From Candidatus Pacearchaeota archaeon CG10_big_fil_rev_8_21_14_0_10_34_76 (GTDB lineage: Archaea > Nanobdellota > Nanobdellia > Pacearchaeales > GW2011-AR1), in assembly GCA_002763075.1 (NCBI GenBank), contig PFDB01000017.1:19745-83744 (forward strand): DNA of 64,000 nucleotides, given 5' to 3'. The notes below the pieces were generated by a model. It did no database searches and was not told the DNA's origin. It saw only the letters and a list, made by a program, of their open reading frames with translations. How positions within the stretch are numbered: the first letter of the stretch is position 1; the number at the start of each line of letters is the position of its first letter. Below, one piece after another: positions 56,422 to 64,000 of this stretch. A program made the translations under genes and the position numbers.

Positions 56422-56991
56422 ATGAATATTCTTAATCATGTAAAAAGATTTTGGAAGTATCTAAAAAAAGATAGCTGGGATTCATGGATTGTGTCATTAA
56501 TATTGACATTTCTTATAATCAAATTCATATTTTTCCCTGCAATATCTATTGTTACTGGAAGCCCCTTGCCACTTGTTGTTGTTGAATCCTGTTCCATGTA
56601 TCAGAATAGTGATTTTGATAATTGGTGGGAAAGAAACGGAGTATGGTATGAAAAAAGAGGAATTTTCAAGGAAGATTTTAAGGAGTTTCCATTTGACTCG
56701 GGACTTAACAAAGGAGATGTGATAATTGTCTGGGGAAGAAGTAATTATGGCCTTGGAGATATAATAATCTTTGATGCAGATTATAGATTTCCATTAATAC
56801 ATAGAATAATCCAAGAAAAGCCTTTTGGGACTAAGGGAGATAATAATTTTGGTCAGTTAAATGAAGAAACCAAAATTTCTGAAGACCAAATAATTGGAAA
56901 GGCAGTTGCAAGTATTCCAGGTATTGGATGGTTGAAACTAATTTTCTTTGAGGGAAGCAAAGATGAAAGTCAAAGAGGATTCTGCAAGTAA
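56422..56991 (+). CDS. signal peptidase I, archaeal/eukaryal Sec11 type (S26B)
   Basis: 189 aa with an N-terminal TM helix, the catalytic Ser box VVVESCSMYQ, the His box GDIIIFDADYRFPLIHRII and the conserved TKGDNN. Confidence 0.75.
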   Translation: MNILNHVKRFWKYLKKDSWDSWIVSLILTFLIIKFIFFPAISIVTGSPLPLVVVESCSMYQNSDFDNWWERNGVWYEKRGIFKEDFKEFPFDSGLNKGDVIIVWGRSNYGLGDIIIFDADYRFPLIHRIIQEKPFGTKGDNNFGQLNEETKISEDQIIGKAVASIPGIGWLKLIFFEGSKDESQRGFCK

Positions 56992-57029
56992 CCAAAAGCT
57001 TAAAATACTCCCAGTTCTTATTGACCGAC

Positions 57030-57338
57030 ATGGAATTCTGTCCTAAATGTGGGAGTGTTATTCTAATGAATGATAAGAAAGCGAGTTGTGCTAGATGTAG
57101 TTATAAGCCGAAGGGAACCATAAAGATACAGAGTACTGAAAGCATAGCAAAGGGGTCTGGAATTGTGATAATTGATGAGAGAAAAGCAAACACAAATCCT
57201 GTTGTTCAAATCAAGTGTCCTAAGTGTAAGAACAATGAAGCCTATTTCTGGACATTGCAAACAAGGTCCGGAGATGAATCTGAGACGAAGTTCTATAAGT
57301 GCAAGAAGTGCGATTATACTTGGAGAAAGTATAGATAA
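57030..57338 (+). CDS. tfs: transcription factor S (TFS) / RNA polymerase subunit M-like
   Basis: N-terminal zinc ribbon MEFCPKCGS...CARC and C-terminal ribbon CPKCKNNEAYFWTLQTRSGDESETKFYKCKKCDYTW, with the acidic loop (SGDE in place of SADE). I place the start at the ATG 57030. Confidence 0.85.
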   Translation: MEFCPKCGSVILMNDKKASCARCSYKPKGTIKIQSTESIAKGSGIVIIDERKANTNPVVQIKCPKCKNNEAYFWTLQTRSGDESETKFYKCKKCDYTWRKYR

Positions 57339-57360
57339 TCATTAACACTCTTTAGGTAAA

Positions 57361-57368
57361 TTTAAAAA
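57361..57368 (+). promoter_or_regulatory. TATA-box-like element upstream of tRNA-Lys(CUU)
   Basis: TTTAAAAA is centred about 28 nt upstream of the tRNA 5-prime end. The whole upstream block ATTTAAAAA..TTATTTCTCTTTT..AGTAT is shared with the tRNA-Lys(UUU) locus. Confidence 0.4.
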
Positions 57369-57391
57369 CATTTTATTTCTCTTTTCAGTAT

Positions 57392-57540
57392 GGCCTCGTA
57401 GCTCAGCCTGGTTAGAGCACTGGACTCTTACTACAACTTTTCTTAGAAAGAAAGGTTCTAGGAGTCAAAAGAACTATGATAGTTCCAAGACTTGGATAGG
57501 AGAGATCCAGGTGTCGGGGGTTCAAATCCCCTCGAGGCCA
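57392..57540 (+). tRNA. tRNA-Lys (anticodon CUU) with a 74-nt intron at the canonical 37/38 position
   Basis: Acceptor GGCCTCG/CGAGGCC and a D arm identical to the UUU isoacceptor. Anticodon stem CTGGA/TCCAG, loop CTCTTA|intron|A with anticodon at 57427-57429. T arm GGGGG-TTCAAAT-CCCCT, discriminator A. Intron about 57431-57504. Confidence 0.85.
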
Positions 57541-57670
57541 TTTCGTAACTGGGATTTGAATGCAGTTCAGAGAATTGAAAATTCTGTTCCGAATTCTCCA
57601 ATATGTTCTAATGTTCATGTAAAATCAACAGGTGAGACATGCTTAAATATCGTCATTTTCTCATTAGACC

Positions 57671-58042
57671 ATGAAATTCAACCCAAAACTGAAACAAGAT
57701 ATTGCAAAATATTACGATTATGTTCTGATAGTAGAAGGAGAAAAAGATGTAGAAGCTATGCAAAACATAGGGTTTGATGAAGTATATCCAATCCATAAGA
57801 CATCTGTTCCATTGAGAGAAAGAGTTGCTGCGCTCTCGGAAATAATTGGAAAGAAAAAAAGAGTGTGCATTTTGACTGATTTTGATAAAAAAGGGAAGAA
57901 ACTTTATATGACCTTAAAGCCAATGTTCCAAGAACAAGGAATGAAACTTGACTCATCATTGAGAGGGCTCTTCATAAAGGCAGGAATTTCACACATTGAA
58001 GGTATTGATACTTTTTTGACAAGAGTCAGAGATATTAACTGA
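57671..58042 (+). CDS. small Toprim-domain protein (RNase M5-like)
   Basis: 123 aa. YVLIVEGEKDVEAM and VCILTDFDKKGKKL correspond to the Toprim E and DxD motifs. Confidence 0.7.
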   Translation: MKFNPKLKQDIAKYYDYVLIVEGEKDVEAMQNIGFDEVYPIHKTSVPLRERVAALSEIIGKKKRVCILTDFDKKGKKLYMTLKPMFQEQGMKLDSSLRGLFIKAGISHIEGIDTFLTRVRDIN

Positions 58043-58241
58043 ATATTTTTAGAAGTAATCCTATAGTTATTAGAAATATTCCGAAAATTGTCCAAAATTG
58101 CTCTTTTCTAATATCTTCAAGAACGTATCTGTCTATTTTCTTATCCTTTCGCATCTTCATATGGACCCTTAAAACTGCCACACCTATGAATAATGTGCCT
58201 AAATAGTCAAAAATCCCAGGTATCGCCTCTTTTAAAATCAT
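58035..58241 (-). CDS. small two-TM membrane protein
   Basis: 68 aa with two hydrophobic helices. It starts 1 nt after the stop of the upstream wHTH gene, so it is probably co-transcribed. Confidence 0.4.
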   Translation of the reverse strand: MILKEAIPGIFDYLGTLFIGVAVLRVHMKMRKDKKIDRYVLEDIRKEQFWTIFGIFLITIGLLLKIFS

Positions 58242-58242
58242 A

Positions 58243-58509
58243 TTATCCTATAAGTTTTTTTATATTCTCTATGTTATTAGCAACTTCTGTTCCTTTCTTT
58301 GTTAGCTTAATAAGTTTCATTCTTCCTTTCTTCTCAAACACAACAAGGCCAAGCCTTTCTAACGCTTGGAGAATCTTCACAGCATGACTGTATGTACAAT
58401 CCACTTCTTTTGCAAGCAGACTTCCATATCTTGCTCTGGACAATTTTTTTAGAGCTACCAGCATCAAGGCCGGTTTCCTTCTGAAGAACACGTCAAAGTT
58501 ATCTTTCAT
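58243..58509 (-). CDS. winged-helix transcriptional regulator (MarR/ArsR-like)
   Basis: 88 aa. RYGSLLAKEVDCTYSHAVKILQALERLGLVVFEKKGRMKLIKLTKKG follows an HTH-plus-wing pattern. Confidence 0.7.
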   Translation of the reverse strand: MKDNFDVFFRRKPALMLVALKKLSRARYGSLLAKEVDCTYSHAVKILQALERLGLVVFEKKGRMKLIKLTKKGTEVANNIENIKKLIG

Positions 58510-58563
58510 TCTACAACCTCTCCGGGTTCTAGGAGTCCAGGGAATATTTTATCTTTCATCTTG

Positions 58564-58587
58564 ATATATAGGTTAAATCCTATATAT
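58564..58587. promoter_or_regulatory. perfect 9-bp inverted repeat (candidate operator) in the divergent wHTH / sigma-like intergenic region
   Basis: ATATATAGG-TTAAAT-CCTATATAT lies about 55 nt upstream of the wHTH gene start and about 165 nt upstream of the sigma-like gene. Confidence 0.4.
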
Positions 58588-58750
58588 TCCAACCATTATA
58601 TAGCTTTTAAAGTTTTCTGCCAGAGTGTTATCTAAGAGAGTAGTTAATTCATTTAACTGGATTTTAGTGTTTTGAGTGAATGTTTTAAAAAGAATGTTTT
58701 ATTCTAGTTTATATGGGACAGATGTCCTAATGAGTTTGCCTTAGAAAAAT

Positions 58751-59596
58751 ATGACATATAAACAAGATACCGGATATTACGATAAAACAATTGATGAAAA
58801 TCCATTATTGACTAAACTTGAAGAACGTGATTTAACAATAACTAGGATGGAAGGAGATTGTGAAGGAAGCAAGGCAGCTAGGGATAGATTGATAAATTCT
58901 AATCTTAGATTGGTCAAAAGTATAGCCTCAGATTATACCGATAGGGGGATCTCTTTTGAAGATTTAGTTGAGATGGGAATTATTGGATTAATAAAAGCAA
59001 TTGATGGATTTAAACCTGGAAAGGGATATAAGTTATCTACTTATGCAGACGATAGCATACGGAGAAACATTGAAAGGGAGTTGAATTATGAAAATCCTTG
59101 TCTAATAAGAGTACCTCTTGAAACATTGAAAACCTGTGGAAAGCTTGATAAAAAAATAAGAGAGTTATACCCTGGAGAAAGGGTTGTAGATGAGCAGGAA
59201 ATATTAATGGTATTGAAGAGACATTTTCCTAATAAGAATGCCAATAGCACAATGAGGGCTTATGAAATATATAAGGGAAGGGTAACTAAGCTAGAATTTG
59301 ATATAGATGGTCAAGAAAGAACTGATTTTGAGAATTTAGATGAGGGCTTGGTAGTTAAAATATTGGAAGATGCTCAAAGGCATGGAGAAATAGATGAAAT
59401 AGAGTTACAGATTATAGAGATGAGATTTGGATTAAATGGGCAGACTGATGTTGGACCTATGTGTTATACAGATATAAGTAGGAAAACCAAAATTGATAGA
59501 ACGAGAATAAGACAGATAATGGATAGAGCACTTTTAAAGCTTAGAGAAAATGATCTCTTTTGTCAAATTGATTGTGGATTAAGGGAACCATTATAA
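58751..59596 (+). CDS. sigma-70-family RNA polymerase sigma factor homologue (regions 1.2, 2, 3.0 and 4)
   Basis: 281 aa. It aligns from memory to E. coli RpoD / B. subtilis SigA. Matching blocks: NPLLTKLEERDL (1.2), ARDRLINSNLRLVKSIASDYTDRGISFEDLVEMGIIGLIKAIDGF (2.1-2.2), KGYKLSTYADDSIRRNIEREL (2.3-2.4), IRVPLETLKTCGKL (3.0). Region 4 reads LQIIEMRFGL...YTDISRKTKIDRTRIRQIMDRALLKLRE. Confidence 0.8.
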   Translation: MTYKQDTGYYDKTIDENPLLTKLEERDLTITRMEGDCEGSKAARDRLINSNLRLVKSIASDYTDRGISFEDLVEMGIIGLIKAIDGFKPGKGYKLSTYADDSIRRNIERELNYENPCLIRVPLETLKTCGKLDKKIRELYPGERVVDEQEILMVLKRHFPNKNANSTMRAYEIYKGRVTKLEFDIDGQERTDFENLDEGLVVKILEDAQRHGEIDEIELQIIEMRFGLNGQTDVGPMCYTDISRKTKIDRTRIRQIMDRALLKLRENDLFCQIDCGLREPL

Positions 59597-59618
59597 ATCT
59601 AGGCTTCTAAAAGAATTT

Positions 59619-60227
59619 ATGAGAAAAAAATTGAAAATACTTGCTGCGTCAGATTTGCATGGAGATTCAAGGGCTACAAGAAGACTTGCAACAAAAGCTG
59701 AGAAAGAGAATGTCGATGTTGTTGTACTATGTGGGGATTTGACTGGTTTTGTTCAAACAAAGGACATAATAAAACCATTCAAGGATAAAAATCAAAAGGT
59801 AATTATTTTGCCCGGAAATTGGGATAGCTTTGCAACAACTGATTTTTTAGCAAGTTTTTATGGTGTGAGAAACATACATGGATATTCTGCGATATATGAT
59901 AAAATAGGTTTTTTTGGAGCTGGGGGTGCAGATGTAGGCCCGTTCACTAGAATAAGCGAAAGAGAGCTTATGAATACATTATCAAAAGCACACACTGGTT
60001 TGAAGGGAATCGAAAAAAAAGTTATGTTGACACATATGCATCCTGCAGGGAGTAAATCAGAATTTTCGGGAATAGATGGGAGTGAAGCAATAAGAAAGGC
60101 AATTAAAAAATTCAAGCCAGATATTTTATTACATGGGCATATTCATGAAGCTGCTGGAATTGAGGAATTGATTGGGAATACTAGAGTAATTAATGTTGGC
60201 AAGGAAGGAGTTATCCTTGAGCTCTAA
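59619..60227 (+). CDS. calcineurin-like metallophosphoesterase
   Basis: 202 aa with motifs ASDLHGD, LCGDLTG, GNWD, THMHP and GHIHE. Confidence 0.8.
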   Translation: MRKKLKILAASDLHGDSRATRRLATKAEKENVDVVVLCGDLTGFVQTKDIIKPFKDKNQKVIILPGNWDSFATTDFLASFYGVRNIHGYSAIYDKIGFFGAGGADVGPFTRISERELMNTLSKAHTGLKGIEKKVMLTHMHPAGSKSEFSGIDGSEAIRKAIKKFKPDILLHGHIHEAAGIEELIGNTRVINVGKEGVILEL

Positions 60228-60270
60228 AAAATTTCAATAGGTTTATATAATATTATTCTAGGGATAATGG

Positions 60271-60738
60271 ATGGAGCAGAAAGAACTTCTTGATTTTTTT
60301 GAAAAAGAATTCTTAAAAATTAAAGCAGATCTTGGGTTTAAGGCTGGGCTTGATGAGATTGATAAGATTTTTTTTGTGAAAGACATGATATTAAAAGAGG
60401 GATTTGTAAGTGAAATGCTTTCGAGACAGATATGCACTAGAATTACAGAGACTCTGATGCAATGGAATTCATATGTCTATAATTTGATATTTCCAAATCC
60501 GGGAGATATGATACTGGGATCAGAAAGCAAGGCGATAAGTCAGGAAGACAAGAATGAACTCTGGAAACTAATGAGGAAGTCAATGGAGCTTGTTAGTAGG
60601 AATAGTATTATAGGATTGAGCAAGGATAAAAAAATAGAAGCAAAATTTATTGATGATTCATTAGATTTTTGGAATATGAAATTTAATCCTAAGGTAATTG
60701 AAATTGTTAAGAAAATTAATTCTGAATGGGGCAAGTAA
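60271..60738 (+). CDS. hypothetical protein
   Basis: 155 aa, predicted helical, with no recognisable family. Confidence 0.5.
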   Translation: MEQKELLDFFEKEFLKIKADLGFKAGLDEIDKIFFVKDMILKEGFVSEMLSRQICTRITETLMQWNSYVYNLIFPNPGDMILGSESKAISQEDKNELWKLMRKSMELVSRNSIIGLSKDKKIEAKFIDDSLDFWNMKFNPKVIEIVKKINSEWGK

Positions 60739-60861
60739 AACATCTATAATTTTAATGGTTAAAGGAATAACCTTGCTGTAATTTCATAAGAAACAATTAG
60801 GCCCAGATTATTTTATAGAAGAGATATAAATGCTTAAATATAATTATTTCAGTATAAATAG

Positions 60862-63800
60862 ATGATTAAAAAAGAGCGTCTTGTTTATTATTTATTAATG
60901 TCAATAATTATTGTCTTTTCTGCTTTGATTATGCTGTTTGTTTCGTGGATTGAAACAGGACAAAATACAATTGATGGAGAAACGAGAAGTTCTTCACAAT
61001 CTTTGGAGGAGTTCTGTAATCAAGCTGGGTTGAATGCATTGTCTTGTTCTTATAATGATGAAGAGGTTAAAGTTACTGTTGAAGGGAATCTGGAAGAGAT
61101 AGATTCCATAAATTTTGTTTTTGGAGATCCCGTAGAAGAGATCGGAGGCACATTAAATCAGAAGATCTATTTTTCCCCTCTTATTAATTTTGTAGAGAAG
61201 AGTATAGATGCGCTTTCATTTTTACCATTTACTAAGAAAGTGGATTTTTCAACGGAAAGTTCAGAGTTTAAATTTCCAAGAGATGAAGTTTCAGAGGTAG
61301 ATTATGTTCAAGTGTCTGCTGTTTCTAGTGTATTAGGGGATTGTTCTCCTAATGTTGCTCCTAAAATTTGTCAAAGAAGTGAAGATAAGGATGATGGAAC
61401 TCCTGGAGGTGGAAAAAGCGGTGGTGGAGGAGGTGGAGGAGGCGGTGGAGGAAATGGAAATCCTCCTGCTTGTTCTAATGGCGTTGATGATGATGGAGAT
61501 GGTTTGATTGATTTCCCTGTTGATCCTGGATGTCAAAGCACAGATGATGGAGATGAAACTGACGAGGTTAATGGTGGAGAATGCGGAGATATCGGGGACT
61601 CTGATGGAGACAACATATGCGATAATGCTGATTCTTGTCCTAATGATTATTATAATGACATTGATGGAGATGGAGTTTGTGGAGATATAGATAACTGCCC
61701 ATTGGACAGCAACTCTAATCAGGTTGACTCTGATGGAGATGGTATTGGTGACGCATGTGATGTTGCCGATTTCTGTCTAAATCTTGTACAAGATATTGAA
61801 GAGGAGGGCATTGATTGCGGTCCTATATGTGGAAACAATTGCCCGAAAGTCATATTTGAAGATTATTTCAATGATGGAGATTATACAGATGTTGAAGGGG
61901 AGAAAGGTCTTAGTTGGACACTAATTGAAGGAGATGCCTTAATAACTGACTCCGATAAAAAATTGGGACTTAGAAGAATTGGAAATTCTACAGTCATCTC
62001 AAACCAAATAATGCCTGGCGAGTATACTCTGGAATTTGACATCTATGTCACTTATAGTTATGCAAGAGAAATTATCCTGTTCTACCAAGACTCAGAAAAT
62101 TATTATGGCTTTGACTTGAAAACTATTTACAGAATAATGGATGGAGAGAAAACCACTATAAGCGATCCAGATTTCAGCAATTTTATGAATTTACCTCATG
62201 CGAGTGGAGCTTATGGGAAATACAAGATATATGTAAAGAACGATGGGACTTCAATAAACTTCAAAGTGGATAAAGGTGCTTGGAGCAATGGGGTAGACTT
62301 TTTGATTGACACTAAAGACACAAATCCTCAAGCAGTAGCTAAATTCAATGATGGAAGCATTGGTTTTAGAAGCATAGGAGAATCTATGGAACAGACTCCT
62401 TGGGTGAAGATTGACAACATCACAGTCTATGATGCTCTGAAGAAAGATGAAAGGCCATGGCCAATAACTGATTTTTATGTTGATGTAAACATTGGAGATG
62501 ATAACAATGAAGGTACTCAAGGAAATCCTTTCAAGAGTGTGCAGAAGGCAGCATATAAAATGCTTGCAGGAGACAGCGCCTATATAATGCCTGGATTATA
62601 CAGAGAAGGAGACATAATAATCAATAGCTCTGGGAAAAATGGTTATCCTATAAGTATAATTGGAGCAAACCCTTCGCAGAGAGCAGTAATAGACGGAGCA
62701 ATAAAACTTGATGCAAGTGCGTGGACCTTGCATTCAGAAAATATTTATAGAACTACGATTGATTGGGAACCTACTTCATTGTACTGGGGGATAACTCCGA
62801 TGTTCATAGCTCAAGATCCAAACCAAGAAGACCCTGAAGACCAGCTCATGCTTGAGTATTTCATGCCGGTTCCCTTTGATGAAAATAATGACCCTGCAGT
62901 TAACATCAGTGAGGAACTTAAAGATAGTTCCTATTTCACTCAGTCTGATCCTGATTATTGGGATGGAGCTAGTGTTTTGATATATGGAGGATATGGAAAT
63001 TCAATTGGAGAATATCAAGTTTTAGATTTTATACCGAGTGAAAATAAGATTGTTCATGAATTTGACCGATGGAGGGTGCTCCATCAAAATGATAAATATG
63101 CAATGATAAACCACCTATCTATACTTGACAAACCTGGAGAGTGGGTAATAAATGATAATGGTGATGGAACTTATGAAGTCTACGTCTGGCCGTATGGTGG
63201 ACAAAATTTAGGAGATATAGAAATTGAGAGAAAAACCACTTTCTTAAGATTTGATTCACGATTTGTTAATGATTATCTTAATATAGAAAATTTAGAAATA
63301 AGAAAGTTTGTTGGTTCTGGAATAGACTTTTCTGCTCAATATGGAAGTGTGAAGCATTCTAAACTAAATAATCTTGAAGTGCACCACAACAAAGGTAGTG
63401 GAATAGTGTCTAGTTATAACAGTGACGATACGACTATAACTAACAATTACATTTATGCAAACTATTGGAACGGAATAAGTTTAGGAGGAAGAAATAACTG
63501 GGGATATCTGATAGAAAACAATACTATAACAAAAAACTTGGACAATGGAGTTTGGATGGGTGGAGGGTTTAACGGATATGTAAATGGAGATGTGTTATTC
63601 AAAAATAATAATGTCTCGTTCCAAGGGTCAAGAAGAAGGCACCCAGACAACATACAGATACATCAAGTGAAGAATGTAACATTCATAGGGAATTATTTTG
63701 AACAGGAAGGGCATCAAAATGGATGGTTCCAATACAGCGATGAGATATATCTAATAAACAATGTTTTCAAGAATGGAAATCTTGGAGTAAACAGCGCAAT

Positions 63801-64000
63801 TCACAGCTATCTGTACAATAATGTATTTGACCGTGCAGGCATAAGATATGACGCACACATACAGAACTATCCTTCTGACGATCCTGATTTCTATGCCCCT
63901 CAGTTTGCAGATATAAAGAACAATATTATAATCCAATCGAGTATTTCAATGCCTCCAGAACAATATTGGGATGCGTTCCATGTAGGATATAATCTTTACA
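60862..64000 (+). CDS. very large secreted/surface protein, 5-prime part (runs off the right window edge)
   Basis: I translated frame 1 from the ATG 60862 to 64000 by hand and found no stop (over 1046 codons), so it is absent from the ORF track because it is open-ended. An N-terminal TM/signal anchor and a poly-Gly linker come first. Three thrombospondin-type-3-like Ca-binding repeats follow (DSDGDNICDNADSCPN, DIDGDGVCGDIDNCP, DSDGDGIGDACD), then a jelly-roll-like module. The rest is right-handed beta-helix repeats (NN.I..N, GI.L). Confidence 0.75.
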   Translation, partial: MIKKERLVYYLLMSIIIVFSALIMLFVSWIETGQNTIDGETRSSSQSLEEFCNQAGLNALSCSYNDEEVKVTVEGNLEEIDSINFVFGDPVEEIGGTLNQKIYFSPLINFVEKSIDALSFLPFTKKVDFSTESSEFKFPRDEVSEVDYVQVSAVSSVLGDCSPNVAPKICQRSEDKDDGTPGGGKSGGGGGGGGGGGNGNPPACSNGVDDDGDGLIDFPVDPGCQSTDDGDETDEVNGGECGDIGDSDGDNICDNADSCPNDYYNDIDGDGVCGDIDNCPLDSNSNQVDSDGDGIGDACDVADFCLNLVQDIEEEGIDCGPICGNNCPKVIFEDYFNDGDYTDVEGEKGLSWTLIEGDALITDSDKKLGLRRIGNSTVISNQIMPGEYTLEFDIYVTYSYAREIILFYQDSENYYGFDLKTIYRIMDGEKTTISDPDFSNFMNLPHASGAYGKYKIYVKNDGTSINFKVDKGAWSNGVDFLIDTKDTNPQAVAKFNDGSIGFRSIGESMEQTPWVKIDNITVYDALKKDERPWPITDFYVDVNIGDDNNEGTQGNPFKSVQKAAYKMLAGDSAYIMPGLYREGDIIINSSGKNGYPISIIGANPSQRAVIDGAIKLDASAWTLHSENIYRTTIDWEPTSLYWGITPMFIAQDPNQEDPEDQLMLEYFMPVPFDENNDPAVNISEELKDSSYFTQSDPDYWDGASVLIYGGYGNSIGEYQVLDFIPSENKIVHEFDRWRVLHQNDKYAMINHLSILDKPGEWVINDNGDGTYEVYVWPYGGQNLGDIEIERKTTFLRFDSRFVNDYLNIENLEIRKFVGSGIDFSAQYGSVKHSKLNNLEVHHNKGSGIVSSYNSDDTTITNNYIYANYWNGISLGGRNNWGYLIENNTITKNLDNGVWMGGGFNGYVNGDVLFKNNNVSFQGSRRRHPDNIQIHQVKNVTFIGNYFEQEGHQNGWFQYSDEIYLINNVFKNGNLGVNSAIHSYLYNNVFDRAGIRYDAHIQNYPSDDPDFYAPQFADIKNNIIIQSSISMPPEQYWDAFHVGYNLY

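Noticed and set aside
61408-61460. GGT/GGA/GGC simple-sequence run.
   Set aside because: It is in frame within the giant surface-protein ORF and encodes a poly-Gly linker. It is a coding low-complexity tract, not an independent repeat element.
1-64000. Possibility that the contig is bacterial (for example CPR), given the sigma-70, Csp, Zwf/Gnd, Cfa and AlaE-like genes.
   Set aside because: The archaeal information-processing genes (rpoH, Rpo1/Rpo2 types, L30e, aEF-2 with the diphthamide motif, aEF-1alpha, archaeal DnaG, TFS, Cdc48, Sec11-type peptidase) are spread across the whole window. So are the intron-containing tRNAs and the A1:U72 initiator tRNA, and all of these are interleaved with the bacterial-like genes. 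Chimerism can only be excluded with read data.

Overview
AT-rich archaeal chromosome fragment, probably from a small-genome DPANN-type lineage (inference). Archaeal markers run across the whole window: rpoH, an unsplit rpoB, rpoA, L30e, NusA, S12, S7, aEF-2, aEF-1alpha, archaeal DnaG, TFS, Cdc48, RNase HII, Sec11-type signal peptidase and intron-containing tRNAs. Four tRNAs are supported: Lys-UUU, Lys-CUU, initiator Met and Ser-GCU. I saw no rRNA, CRISPR array, integrase or transposase. Points worth a second look: (1) a full-length bacterial-type sigma-70 homologue (regions 1.2 to 4.2) at 58.7-59.6 kb, with the promoter-melting WW pair replaced; (2) a roughly 4.5 kb accessory island between EF-2 and EF-1alpha, carrying a tightly coupled minus-strand operon of mostly unrecognisable proteins, an AlaE-like membrane protein and a divergent tandem Lrp regulator; (3) the largest RNA polymerase subunit as one fused A'+A'' ORF; (4) an SMC protein with no hinge domain and a central CPLC zinc-hook-like motif; (5) three tandem copies of the tRNA-Lys 3-prime end, and flanks conserved between the two tRNA-Lys loci; (6) bacterial-type metabolic genes: a zwf-gnd-tal pentose phosphate cluster, cfa and csp. 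Two toxin-antitoxin pairs lie near tRNA-Ser. All functional calls rest on motif recognition from memory; no database search was run.
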